Shown: positions 47,811 through 59,166 of the stretch, one piece after another | Layout: every line of letters begins with the position of its first letter | Numbering within the stretch: position 1 is the first letter of the stretch | Origin: Scyliorhinus canicula | Lineage: Eukaryota | DNA length: 64,000 nucleotides | NCBI RefSeq assembly: GCF_902713615.1 | Contig: NW_024056028.1 | Span: forward strand, 186,001 to 250,000 | Reading direction: 5' to 3' | Translations under genes and position numbers: made by a program | Notes under the pieces: generated by a model | Told to the model about the DNA's origin: nothing | Database searches by the model: none | Seen by the model: only the letters and a program-made list of their open reading frames with translations

Positions 47811-48369
47811 TTCTGTTCCCAGCCGGGTCCTAGTGCCCCAAGGACGCTTATATTGTAACAGGTTTTTTAAATGTATCACACACTCCCAGGCTGAAGCTGC
47901 TGTTTGTAGCCTGGAGGTGTCTGTGGATCACGTATACATTTAGTGTGAGAGGCTGCAGCCTCTATATAGCTACCTGAAGGGGGTTATACAACGGTTGATT
48001 ACATTTCGTGGACCTTTCCCGTCCATTATCAGGATGTTTGTGTGATATTTCCTGACCCTCAGCGTGATATTTCTTTATTTAAAATACAGGTCAGCAGCAG
48101 GCTTACTGGTGATTTTTAAAGGAATAAAGGTTATTTATTTTTTACAATCTTCCCCTGGATGTTTGAGCATCTAAGTCTCTCGGCTCTTTCACTCACTGAC
48201 ATAGACAGAAATTAGATACAGATCAAGTTGAAGCTGTGATGATGAAAATGGAATGTAGACTGCAATCTTTATATCGCTGCAGGTCTGATGTCTTCTTATT
48301 GAGCCGATTCTTTAGTTGGAGTGAAGCGTTTTTAAAAACAAATAATTCTCATGAGTCTCTGAAGCTTCT

Positions 48370-48800
48370 TATAAGACCATAAGACATAGGAGCAGAATGA
48401 GGCCATTTGGCCCATCGAGTCTGCTCCGCCATTCAATCGTGGTTGATATTTTTTCATCCCCACTCCCCTGCCTTCTCCCCATAACACGTGATCCCCTTAT
48501 TAATAAAGAACCCACCTATCTCTGTCTTAAAGACACTCAGTGAATTGGCCTCCACAGCCTTCTGCGGCAAAGTGTTCCACAGATTCACCATCCTCTGGCT
48601 GAAGAAATTCCTCCTCATCTGTTTTAAAGGATCATCCCTTTAGTCTGAGATGGTGTCCTCTGGTTCTAGTTTTTGCTGCAAGTGGAAACATCCTCTTCAT
48701 GTCCACTCTATCCAGGCCTCGCAGTTTCTTGTAAGTTTCAATAAGATCCCCTATCATTCATCTAAACCCCAACGAGTACAGACCCAAAGTCCTCAAACGT
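48370..48800 (-). mobile_element. CR1 3' fragment
   Basis: cataagaccataagacataggagcagaa tail. Confidence 0.85.
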
Positions 48801-49374
48801 TCTTGTAGATGAAGAGCCAGGAGGTTGGGTCTGAGGTGGGCTTGGAAGCTGGAATAAGGTCAGTCCGCTGCACTGGGAGACTTTCAGCTCTGCTGGTTCA
48901 GCTGGTTCCTGGTGCTTCTCACACACACATTTGCTTTGTTCAGAGCTTATTATACTGCGTCCCTGACAATTAACTGCAGGGTTAAAACTCTGGGGCCCAG
49001 AACACCCCGATACAATAGCAGTTTACGATGCTCACTCACGCTTATCTCTGTCCCAATTCAAGGTCATTCTCCTGTGTTCAATACGGCACTTGGAGACCAA
49101 CAGTCCCGAGATTTCATATTCCTCAAATGCTGGTTCATCCTGACACAACGACACATTTAAACTTCACAGGTGGCTGCAAAGTTTCCTTATTCAGGTCCGT
49201 GTTTAACTAAATATTGGTCACAGCATCGAATATTGCCCACAGTTTAATGTCCACAGTAACCTGTTAAGTTGCAGCCACTTTGGCAGAGTTTGTGGATCTG
49301 ACAGTATACTATCTAATATCCTTGTGCTGAGCGTGAATCTACTTTGAGTCTGATTAAAACAGTGCGTTGTAGCT

Positions 49375-49665
49375 GGGTGGGGTAGGATAGCACTGTTGCT
49401 TCACAGTTTCAGGGTCCCAGATTCGATGCCCAGCTTGGGTCACTGTCTGTGTGGAGTCTGCACGTTCTCCCCGTGGGTTTCCTCCGGGTGCTCCGGTTTG
49501 CTCCCACAAGTCCCGAAAGACGTGCTGTGAATTGAACATTCTGAATGCTCCCTCTGTGTACCCAACCATGCGCCGGAGTGTGGTGACGAGGGGTATTTCA
49601 CAGTAACTTCATTGCATTGTTAATGTAAGCCTACTTGTGACAATAAAGATTATTATTATTATTAT
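49375..49665 (+). mobile_element. HE1 SINE variant
   Basis: HE1 core plus gcctacttgtgacaataaagattatt tail. Confidence 0.85.
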
Positions 49666-49856
49666 GGAGGGGGTGGGCGGTTACTCTCGCTGCCGACTTC
49701 TGTTCTGTGGTCTTGTCTATTCCCAGTGGTCTTGCAGAGGGAGCATGTGGTATCCACCGGAATGCGTGACACCTTCCACACCCAGTGGATACCTCAGCGG
49801 ACAGAATGTTTCAGAGACACTGGGAACAATATTCTGGTTCAAAACTTATTTTTCAG

Positions 49857-50100
49857 GCATTAGAACGGGAGGTTTGGCAGCTGGGCAACTCGAACCAAAT
49901 ATAACATTAAGATCTGACTCAATTCATTAGGACCTACATATCACAAACTGTCAATGTGTTTGTCTGTTCTGACTGTGGGAAGAGATTTCAAACATCAGTG
50001 TGACTGGAAAAGCCCCGAGACCCACACAAACCTGAGTGAGAGAGTTCCAGTGAACTGACTGTGGAAAGAGCTTTAACCAGTTACACAGCCTGAAAAATCA
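49857..50100 (+). pseudogene. Orphan ZNF coding-exon start, convergent with the IgM 3' end
   Basis: Acceptor tttttcag at 49855-49856; ALEREVWQLGNSNQI*; aaacatcagtgtgactggaaaagccccgagaccc matches the ZNF-C leader; truncated by CR1. Confidence 0.75.
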
Positions 50101-50485
50101 TCGTTTCCTCTTGTGGGAGAGTCTGGGACCAGAGGGCATAATCTCAGAGTAAGAGGTCTCAAATTTAGGAAACAGATGAGGAGACATTTCTTCCATCAGA
50201 GGGTAGTGAATCTGTGGAATTCTTCAGCTGTGCAATCATTCTGTCTCTGGAGTTGACCATAAAAAGGCAAAGGTGAAGGTGTCGTAACCCGGATGGGCCG
50301 CTTGGTGGCGCAGCGGCTCTTTCACTGAGGGGCCTTGAGTTCAGACACACCCCAGACAGGACTGGTGAGAAATATCTGTCTGGGAAAGGGGAGACAACTG
50401 TGTAATCGGGGAAATGGAGCGCTGCCGATGGACCTGAGAGAAAGGAGTTCAGATTAGACTTGTTTTCTTCATTTTTCATTCAATA

Positions 50486-50526
50486 TTTATTAAAATTTCA
50501 GAGAAAATATAGCACAAAAGTTTATT
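50486..50526 (-). terminator. Candidate poly(A) signals for membrane IgM mRNA
   Basis: AATAAA on minus at 50486-50491 and 50521-50526, about 400 nt past the TM2 stop. Confidence 0.55.
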
Positions 50527-50929
50527 TTGATGTTTACAAAAGGGAACATTACGATTGAGGGTCACAGTGAGAACAGAACACATGCCCTCTGAGCTGCCAA
50601 ATGTATGTACAACTGTAACAGACACAAGAGAGAACAGGAGCTCAATATAAAGAGAAGGCAACTGTTGTAAATAAGGTACGAGGTAAGTTACTTATTTAGA
50701 CATGACATTGAGAGAAATTATTAACTACAATTACATTACAGCCAAAATTATCGCGTACATTTTAAACTGAAAAGCAGAAATACTGTCCATGATTGTCTCA
50801 GTTACAGATGCAGAATAATAAACGGAGAGAATTACTGTTAGAGTCACCAAGAGGAGATATTGTATTTCTGTCACACACAGATCATAATAAACAGCTGAGG
50901 GAAATCTACAGCGTCCGAACGTCAACCGA

Positions 50930-50938
50930 TCATTTGAT
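50930..50938 (-). CDS. IGHM: IgM TM2 exon (Ile-Lys-stop)
   Basis: ttctctctcttttacag|ATC AAA TGA; phase 0 matches the TM1 donor. Confidence 0.8.
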   Translation of the reverse strand: MK

Positions 50939-51077
50939 CTGTAAAAGAGAGAGAAATGATGAAGCAGATGTTTATGATCTGGGACATTGATGTTAGAGTT
51001 TTTAATCAATCAAACATTTAGAGATGTTTTAAACGGCCTCTGTCAGTTTGAAGTGTGAGTGGATTGAATCTTCTCAC

Positions 51078-51205
51078 CTTCACCAGAGTGACTGCAGCGC
51101 TGTAGGAAATGCTCAGGAAGAACAGGGTGATGAATGTGGAAGCGGTTGTCCAGATGTTCCCGTTATCATCCTCATTTTCTTCAGTCCAGGTGTTGTCTGT
51201 GGTAT
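51078..51205 (-). CDS. IGHM: IgM TM1 exon
   Basis: cgtag|(D)TTDNTWTEENEDDNGNIWTTASTFITLFFLSISYSAAVTLVK|gtgag; conserved antigen-receptor TM motif. Confidence 0.95.
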
Positions 51206-51369
51206 CTACGAGGATCGAGCCAAATATAATTAGTTTGTTTATTAATCCAGCATATGTTTTTTAATATTCTCGTTTCATTTTCTCCCTCTGCTAATTCATT
51301 CTTTAACATATTTGTCATTGCATATCTACTGTTGAGTTCATGACACTCGGAAATCGATCTCTGTAACTT

Positions 51370-51556
51370 TTTTCTTCCAATTAAGGGGCAATTTAACATG
51401 GCCAATCCACCTACCCTGCACATCTTTGGGTTGTTGGCGTGAGACCCACGGGTCATGGGGAAAGTCCACAGGGACACAGACCCAGGAGCGGGATCAACCC
51501 CAGGTCCATGGTGGCGTGAGGCAGCAGTGCTAACCACTATGCCACCGTGCCGCCCT
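51370..51556 (-). mobile_element. Short HE1 variant
   Basis: ccaattaaggggcaatttaacatggccaatcc...gccaccgtgccgccc. Confidence 0.85.
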
Positions 51557-51564
51557 TGCCTGAC

Positions 51565-52860
51565 GTTTGTGTTTGTTCTTTAGCTTTTGTGTCTGTGTGG
51601 ATGCGAAATTCGTGTTTCTTTACTCTTCATTTGTGTGTCCCGATGTCTTTATAAGTGTCATTGTGTGTGTTCATGTGTCAAGGAGTATTGATCTGTGTAT
51701 TTGTGTGTCAGCGCCTGTGTGAACTTTGTTTATCTTCTGTTAATGTGTATTTATGAGTGTTTTATTGTGTGTGTTTGTGTGTTGAAGTCTATGTTTATAT
51801 ATTAATGCCTATGTCAATATAAGTTCATACTTCCCTGTCCAGTAATGAAAGTGTTAATGTGTCTTTGTACGTTCAACATGCATGTCAGTGTCTTAATGTT
51901 TGTGTCTGGATGCGTTTGTGTGTGTGTGTTTGTTGATGCCTGTATTTCTTCATAGAATCATCATTAAATATAATTTGTGTCTGCACCGACCCTCCGAAAG
52001 AGCACTCTGCCTGGACGCATGCCCCTGCCCTGTCCCCAGAACCTGGTAACCCCACCTAACGTTGTGGGCACTAAGGGGTAATAGAGCCTGGCCAATCCAC
52101 CGAACCTGCACATCTTTGGACTGTGGGAGGAAACTAGAGCACGCGGAGGAAACAGAAACAGACCCGGCAGAACGTGGGAACTCCACACAGACAATCACCC
52201 AAGGCTGGAATTGAACCCGGGATTATGGCGCTATGCGGCAGAGGTGCTATTTATGCGTTGATGTTTGATTATAACTATCTATTGATGTGTGTTGATGACT
52301 CTATGTGTATTCATATGTGTTCGTGTTAGCGTGTGTACGAGTCAGCTAATATGTATCTACGTGTGTCCGTTAGTGTGGATTATTGTCTCTGTTTGAATGG
52401 AAATATTTCTGTCATCGTGAAATTCTGCTAATTTACATGTTATTGGTTACATTTCTGTTTCATGTTCTTCTGTCAGCCTGCTTGTCTGGTTGTATATGTC
52501 TGTGTATCTGTGTGGACATGTGGTTGTACATGTCTGTGTACATGCGTGTACCCACTTGTGTGTGTGGAATTGTGTTTGTATGTGTGGATGTGCACCTGAG
52601 TCTGTGTGTTTCTAAACATGTGCTTTTTGTGTTTATGTGCATGCTTGTGAATTTTTGTGCACATTTGCGTGTGTTTTTGTGTCAAAATATGTGTGGTCCG
52701 TTGTGCCTGGGTGTATATTTGTGCATGTGTTTCTATGTGTGTGTCCATGTGTGTGTTTGTGTCTACTTGTGAGCGTGTGTGTGTTTCTGGGTCTGTGTGC
52801 ATTTGTGTGTAGTGTCTGTGTCTGTTTATCTGTCTGTGTATTTGTATCAGCTGCCTGTAG
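51565..52860. repeat. Degenerate (TG)n / sense-strand (CA)n low-complexity tract
   Basis: Continuous tgtgt-rich sequence, interrupted by a reverse HE1 at about 51975-52245. Confidence 0.85.
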
Positions 52861-53384
52861 CTTTGCCAGTTGTGGGTATTATTGATACCGATGTAGAATA
52901 TGTTGAACTTTCTGCTTATAAATGTGTTTTCCGTGAGTTGCAAGCTGACATCAGGTGACCTAATGCAAAAATACAAGGAGGCTCCTCGGGAGAGAACAGT
53001 GAAAACCCAGAGAGAATTCAATCACCAGTCTGGATTTGGATTATGGGGAATCGGTTTTAGCATACGGATAAGAGGAACAAGGGTGCTAAAAAAATTATGT
53101 TGCATAAATAGATGTTTTAAGAGCATCTTTATCATGTATCAGCCTGTAAACTACATGGCGTCTTGTAATGTCAGTAACTGAGTTCTTAGTCCAGACAACC
53201 GTTTACTTCCAAACTCCCTGCTTGGGGACTGGGAAGATATTGAGTTAATAATCTCCCTCTCTCTGGTCAGGTCAGCAAATTGCCTTTGGGTTCTCCCTGC
53301 TGGAGGTGGAGATACAGAGAGTTCACTCATCACCTTCCTCCTCTTCTGGTTGGGAAAGTGGAGGTAAAATGTGTTAGTATTGCC

Positions 53385-54145
53385 CCTTTGCTCTCTTTGT
53401 TGGGGAAGTGGGGAGGCAGTGGATTAAATACTGTCCTTCCACTCATTGTTGGAAGCGGGTGTCCAGTGGATTAACTAATGTACACCCCCTCATTGTTGGA
53501 AGCGGATGTACAGTGGATTAACTCAGCCCACCACCGTCTCTTTGTTGGGGAAGTGGGGGCACAATGTGTTAACTAATGCTCCTCCCCTCGCTTTGCTGGG
53601 GAAGTGGGGGCACAGTGTGTTAACTAATGCTCCTCCCCTCGCTTTGCTGGGGAAGTGGGGGTACAGTGTGTTAAGTAATGCCCCAACCCCTCTCTTTGTT
53701 GGGGACGTGGGGAGACAATGGATTAACTAATGCCCCTCTCTTTGTTGGTGAAGTGGGGGTACAGTGTATTAACTAAAGCCCCTCCCACTCTCTCTGTTGG
53801 TGAGGTGGGGTACAGTGGATTAACTAATGCCCCCCTCTCCTCTCTTTGTTGGCGAATTGGGGGTACAGTGGATTAACTAAAGCTCCTCCCACTCTCTATG
53901 TTGGGGAAGTGGGGGTACAGTGAATTAACTAAAGACCCTCTCTCTATTGGGGAAGTGGGGGTACAGTGGATTAACTAATACCCCTCCCCCTCCCTCTATT
54001 GGGGAAGTGGGGGTACAGTGGATTAACTAATGCCCTTCCCCCTCTCTCTGTGTGGGAAGTGGGTGGGTGGGTGGGGAGACAGTGGAATAACTAATACCCC
54101 TCCCGCTCTCTCTGTTGGGGAGGTGGGGGTACAGTGGATTAACAA
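53385..54145. repeat. About 50-bp minisatellite, about 15 copies
   Basis: Consensus ctctttgttggggaagtgggggtacagtggattaactaatgcccctccc. Confidence 0.92.
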
Positions 54146-54499
54146 TTTCACTTTCCCCTCTCTTTGACTGGAGATTGTTGGTCCATGTTTCTGTGTGACC
54201 CTCAAATCAGTTCCCAGTGGGTCTCATGCAGCAACTTAAAGCTGACATTAATTTTAAAGGGATGGACAATGAGAGAAGCAGGAACACCGAGATCTAAATG
54301 TGATGGGTTTGTTTGTCTGAAATGGGAAATTGTCCGATTTCTCCTCATCTGGAGGAAAGTCAATGAAGATATTTTGCTGATTCCTGGAATTAATGAGTTT
54401 TACTCTGTCTCTAACCCAGGGTGTTTCTGAGCTGAGAGCTCTGGTTGTATCAGACTTGGGGCTGAGACCTGTAGAAATCCGGGTCTCATTGACCAGAGA

Positions 54500-54667
54500 C
54501 TGGTTTAAAATCGCTGGATTTTAAAGCAGACCAAGACAGGCCAGCAGCACGGTTCAATTCCCGTACCAGCCTCCCCGAACAGGTGCCGGAATGTGGCGCT
54601 GAGGGGCTTTTCACAATAACTTGACTGAAGCCTACTTGTGACAATAAGTGATTTTCATTTCATTTTC
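54500..54667 (+). mobile_element. SINE family 2
   Basis: Matches 5301-5490; lies just past the secretory poly(A) signals. Confidence 0.75.
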
Positions 54668-54742
54668 AGATCTAACATCAGTAAAGTGGAAACACCATTA
54701 ATCAAGTGGCTGTATGTTTAAATCACAATTAGAGGAAACGTT

Positions 54743-54757
54743 TTTATTATTTTTATT
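54743..54757 (-). terminator. Poly(A) signals for secretory IgM mRNA
   Basis: Two AATAAA on minus (54743-54748, 54752-54757), 28-42 nt after the stop. Confidence 0.8.
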
Positions 54758-54784
54758 TTAGTTCGAAATATAACCAATCGATTC

Positions 54785-55176
54785 TCATTGACATGAATTA
54801 ACGGTGTCCATCAGAGCGAGGGAAATGTTCACAAAACTGGGTTTACCGCTGGATTTATCAACCGTTCTGTTGATGATCTTCAAGGGGATGGCTTCATGTC
54901 CCACCACACAGGAGTAAGAAGCGCCGCTGGCCCACTCCTCCGCTGCAATGGATAACAGGCTGTACATGAAGAAGGAGCTATTGCCGTTCTCCGCCATCAC
55001 CTCGGTGTTCTTGTAGTTCCCGGGATTCACCGGCTTGTCATTGACGGTCCACTTGACGAAGATCTCTCGGGGGGAGAAACCTCTCACTAAGCAGCTGAGG
55101 GAGACGAATCTCTGAGCGGAGACGTCTTCAGCCGAGGGCAGGAGGACAGAGACGGACGGTTCCCGCGGATTGGGAT
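54785..55176 (-). CDS. IGHM: IgM CH4 plus secretory tailpiece
   Basis: ttttctgcag|(D)[42 protein letters not shown]...YSCVVGHEA...KSSG|[19 protein letters not shown]; penultimate Cys; internal donor G|GTAAA at 54847/54846 for TM splicing. Confidence 0.97.
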
Positions 55177-55479
55177 CTGCAGAAAATGTACAATAAATGT
55201 CAATAAAATGGGGAATTCCGGAGACAATGGAACCGCCGGTTAGATGTGAGAGAAATGTGTTTTGTGTTGGATTTTAAAGGTTTCCATTTTCCACTTTGGG
55301 GTCTGTCCGGGTTCCCAGCTCGGAGCAGAGGTGGACACAATCCTTTTCCCTGAGAATTTACGGATATTGGATTCGAAAGTTTCAGAAAGTGAACAGCAGG
55401 GAAACAGGCCATTCGGCCCAACTGTTCTGTGCTGGTGTCTAAACTCCACACCAGGCTCCTCCCACCTTACCCCAAGAAG

Positions 55480-56420
55480 ATTGGACAACTGCCAATGTAA
55501 CATCCTTATTCAAAAGGGGAGGGAGTCAAACACAGGTAACTATTGGCCAGGGACCTTAACATCTGTCAGTGGAAAACGGTTCGAGTCCATTATAACAGAT
55601 CCAATAGCTGAGCATTTAGAAATACTCAATATAATCAAACAGAGTCAGCACGGCTTCGGGAAGGGTAAATCATGCCTGACAAATTTAGTGCCCTTATTTG
55701 AGGTGATGACGAGAAGGCGAGAGAGGGAGGGGGAGGGGGTGGGGCAATAGATGTAACATACATGAATTTCAAAACGGTGTTTGATAAATTAATGTACTAT
55801 TCCCATGTTTGCAGATGACAAAAAATAGGTAAAAAGGCAAGTGGTGAGGATTACAGGAAATCCACAGAGGGACAGAGAATGTGAGGCTCGACACTTTGGT
55901 AGGAGGAAGAACATAAATAATTATTATTTATATAGAGAAAGACTGAAGAAAGCTGAAGTAACGGGGGAATTGGGGGCCCTCGTGCAGAAACCACAAAAAG
56001 CAAGTTCTGCAGGTAATATGGAGGCAAATTGAATGCTGATCTTTATTTTAAAGGGAATAGAATATAACAATGGGGAAGCCTAGCTAAAACTGGGGAATTA
56101 GTTAGACAACACCTGATATACTTTGAATAGTTTTGGTGCCCGTATCTAAGGAAGACAGATTGGTTTTGAAGGCAGTCCAGAGAAGGATCACAAGGTTGAT
56201 CCCGAGTATGGAGGGATTTTCTTACGGGGAGAGGTTAAGTCGGCTGGGCTGTACTGATTGGAGTTTAGAAGAATGAAGACGACCTCAGATTCTGGGTCGG
56301 TCAGTACGTTCAAGGTTGAGGGACACATATGAAGATTATCACATCAGATCAGTCATGACCTTACTGAAGGCTGGACCGGTGTTGATGGGCCCAATGGCCT
56401 ACATCTGCTCATAAGTCTTG
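55480..56420 (+). mobile_element. Decayed CR1 in the CH3-CH4 intron
   Basis: SQHGFGKGKSCLTNL peptide (ORF 55262-55750) and CR1 3' tail. Confidence 0.8.
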
Positions 56421-56647
56421 TGGTCTATGGTCTCGCTTCATCTAAACCCAATATCACTGGGTTTAATTCATTGTTCATTCATCTGCATATCAATTTCCCC
56501 CTTAAACTCTAAATGCCCAGTGTATTCAGTTAGTGGAATTGCCAATCAGAATGGACCATAAATACACTGAATGCTAAATACTGACCGCTGCACTGACACT
56601 AGAAATAGACACAATGACTCACTTATTGCTTCAGTCTCACCGCTCAC

Positions 56648-56956
56648 CTATTTTTTTGTGAGTTGAAATTCTTAAAGGAGTTGGCAGGTCCTGATGGCTC
56701 GCCACACAGTCAAACACAGCCCCACTCAGCCAGGCTTGTGTGGAGATGTTTAATTTGCTGACCACGCTCTCAGTATCTGCCCCAGGCTGGTCGGCAATCT
56801 CTGATTTCAGCGGCTTCTTCGCTTCACTCCAGGACACGTTGACTCCATAAGGAGCATTCGAAATGACACAGGTTAAGGTTACAGTCGCCTCCAGTAAGAC
56901 CTGTTCTATTGGTGGTGGCAGTATTGTTACTGAGGCATCAGTGCAAACGGAAGGAT
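56648..56956 (-). CDS. IGHM: IgM CH3 exon
   Basis: cattcacag|(D)[42 protein letters not shown]...[22 protein letters not shown]|gtgag; 309 nt, phase 1-1. Confidence 0.96.
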
Positions 56957-57019
56957 CTGTGAATGAAAAAAGTGGAAATCAACCCAAGTTTCATCTTCAG
57001 AATCAGGACAGCAGGATTC

Positions 57020-57262
57020 AGCCTTCACTCACTCTTTTTTTTTTATAAATTTGGATTAGCCAATTATTTTTTCCAATTAAGGGGCAATTTAGCGTGGCCA
57101 ATCCACCTACTCTGCACATTTTTTGGGTTGTGGGGGCGCAACCCACGCAGACACGGGGAGAATGTGCAAACTCCACACAGACAGTGACCCAGAGCCGGGA
57201 TCGAACCTGGGACCTCAGCGCCGTGAGGCGGTTGTGCTAACCACTAGGCCACCGTGCTGCCC
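57020..57262 (-). mobile_element. Short HE1 variant in the CH2-CH3 intron
   Basis: Reverse HE1 ending ccaccgtgctgccc. Confidence 0.85.
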
Positions 57263-57822
57263 TGCCTTCACTCACTCAATGGGAATAAATCAACTTCGAA
57301 ATAACAACCTCTAATGATCGCCTTTAAATCTTCTATACACAATGGATAACCAGTTTGGTTTGTGAAAACTATTCTCAGCCTCGAAACCATTCTAATGAAT
57401 CAGTATTACAGCATTCTCAATACAAATATTCCAGTCCTGATCTCAGAACCCTAATATGGAAGGCTGCTTGATAAATATCTTGAATGAACTTTCCAAAATC
57501 TTCGTCCCGAGCTGGTTTCAGTAAAGGGTTCCAGACAGCCATTGCCTCAGCAATTTAATCAGCTGTCTCAGGATAAAGCTGATATCAAATCCACCTCACT
57601 CCCTAAATTACTTCAGGTGAGAGGGAAACATTTATTTCTATACTGATCAAATCCTGAATGGTGAGCAATCCTAATGCAGCTCTTCCATCAGAATGAAACA
57701 CAAACCACATGACAATAAATTAGAAGTTATTCTGCGCTTTGCACTAACTTCAGTACATTCCTGATTTGGATTAACATCAGAGTGCAGGATGATTTACTGT
57801 TTCCTCTGTTTGTGTCTCTTAC

Positions 57823-58131
57823 CAGACGCGGTGATGTTGTGACTTTGGGTGACCTCTTGATGAGTGACCTGGCAGGTATAGACCGCTTTGCTGAACCATT
57901 CCCCAGCAGAGACTGTCAGTCGACTGCTCGCCGAGAAGTTCCCGTTCACTTCACAGGCGGGAGAGGTGACAATTCCTGAACCCATGGCTTGTCCATTCTT
58001 CAGCCACTTCACCGTGATTGAATTTGGCTGGAAATCGTTAATTGAACAGACGATGGTAGCAAATTTCTTGCTTGAGATTTCTTCATTGGAACTCACGGCG
58101 AGGAGAACATTTGGATGGATGTCAGGTAGAC
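57823..58131 (-). CDS. IGHM: IgM CH2 exon
   Basis: ttcttgaag|(C)[10 protein letters not shown]...[23 protein letters not shown]...YTCQVTH...NITAS|gtaag; 309 nt, phase 1-1. Confidence 0.96.
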
Positions 58132-58342
58132 CTTCAAGAAACACAAGTTAGACATTTCTTACAGAATAAATTGATAACAAACAAAATTAGTCCATATACT
58201 TTAACATTTTTGTGGCCAATAGATAGGAAGCAAGATTTCCCATGGATCAGGACTATGCAGAGTATTACAAATGAGTTATATCCAAGACCCTATACAAGGT
58301 AATCATAGGTTTCTTATTTCTCACAATTTCCACAACACTTAC

Positions 58343-58642
58343 ATGTCATTCCAATGCTCTTGTCTGAGCCGCTGTGTCGAACCTCACAGCTGATTTTGCT
58401 GCATTCCCCCTCTGACTCGGTGATGGTTAACTGGCTGCTCAGGGTGTAGGTTCCCTTCTTGTTTCTCACTGACGGGTATTTCTTAACTCCAGTGGTGATC
58501 AGCTGCCCATCTTTCTTCCAGGTAAGGCTGGTGATTTCTGGGGAGTAGTCCATCGCCAAACAGCCAAAGGTCACGGAGCCGTCGGTGTTGTGTTGCTGAC
58601 AGGAGGAGACCAGGCTGTAGAGAGTGGGCGGAGACGGTGTCG
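58343..58642 (-). CDS. IGHM: IgM CH1 exon
   Basis: ctttcccag|(A)[16 protein letters not shown]...[10 protein letters not shown]...TWKKDG...YTLSSQL...SCEVRH...GMT|gtaagt; 300 nt, phase 1-1. Confidence 0.97.
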
Positions 58643-58895
58643 CTGGGAAAGAATGACCCATTCAACAAGTTAGACTCTGGGATTGTATTTATTCAGTTAC
58701 CAAACATTTCTAAATTTGACGAGAACTATGCGATTATTCCAATATTTTCCTACAAATGCTACATCCACATTTCAGCTTCTATTAGTTCTATCATTTGGGA
58801 ACCAACACCTGTTTGCCCCTCATTAGAAACTTACATCTTTCTCCGTCTCTATCACCTGGCATAAAACAACATTTTGATGTAATCTGAATGATGTA

Positions 58896-58903
58896 ATTTG
58901 CAT
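58896..58903. promoter_or_regulatory. Octamer motif ATTTGCAT in the J-C intron
   Basis: Exact match about 250 bp upstream of the CH1 acceptor; also occurs near 31813 and 38580, so could be chance. Confidence 0.3.
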
Positions 58904-58969
58904 TGGATTGAAAGCGAAGAGCGGATGATTTTCCCCATTATGTCAGCCATCATGTAAAACAAAATGTAA

Positions 58970-59166
58970 TGTCCCATAGTCCCGGAGACTGCCCTCTCCT
59001 TTTGAGAGCTGACTGGTGGTGATTTAACCTGAGGGTCACCATACCTCAGGCCAGGGACAAGGTTGAGAATGGGGGTCTTTATGAATAACCTCAGCCGGTG
59101 CAGCAATTGAACCCGCGCTGTTGGGATCGCTCTTCGTCACGAACCAGCCGCCCAGCTAACTGAGCT
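58970..59166 (-). mobile_element. tRNA-derived SINE family 3; its 5' end seeds the 29-bp array
   Basis: Homologous to 31065 and 42955 copies; ends ccagctaactgagct. Confidence 0.8.

Noticed and set aside
52383-53021. Cys/Val-rich and His/Thr-rich ORFs
   Set aside because: Translations of the TG/CA low-complexity tract.
58314-58661. Extra cysteines in CH1 and at the CH1/CH2 junction as a novelty
   Set aside because: From memory, similar cysteines occur in other shark IgM CH1 sequences; cannot be claimed as unusual without an alignment.
58970-59166. tRNA genes at SINE heads
   Set aside because: A/B-box-like motifs only; no complete cloverleaf, and each continues into a SINE body.
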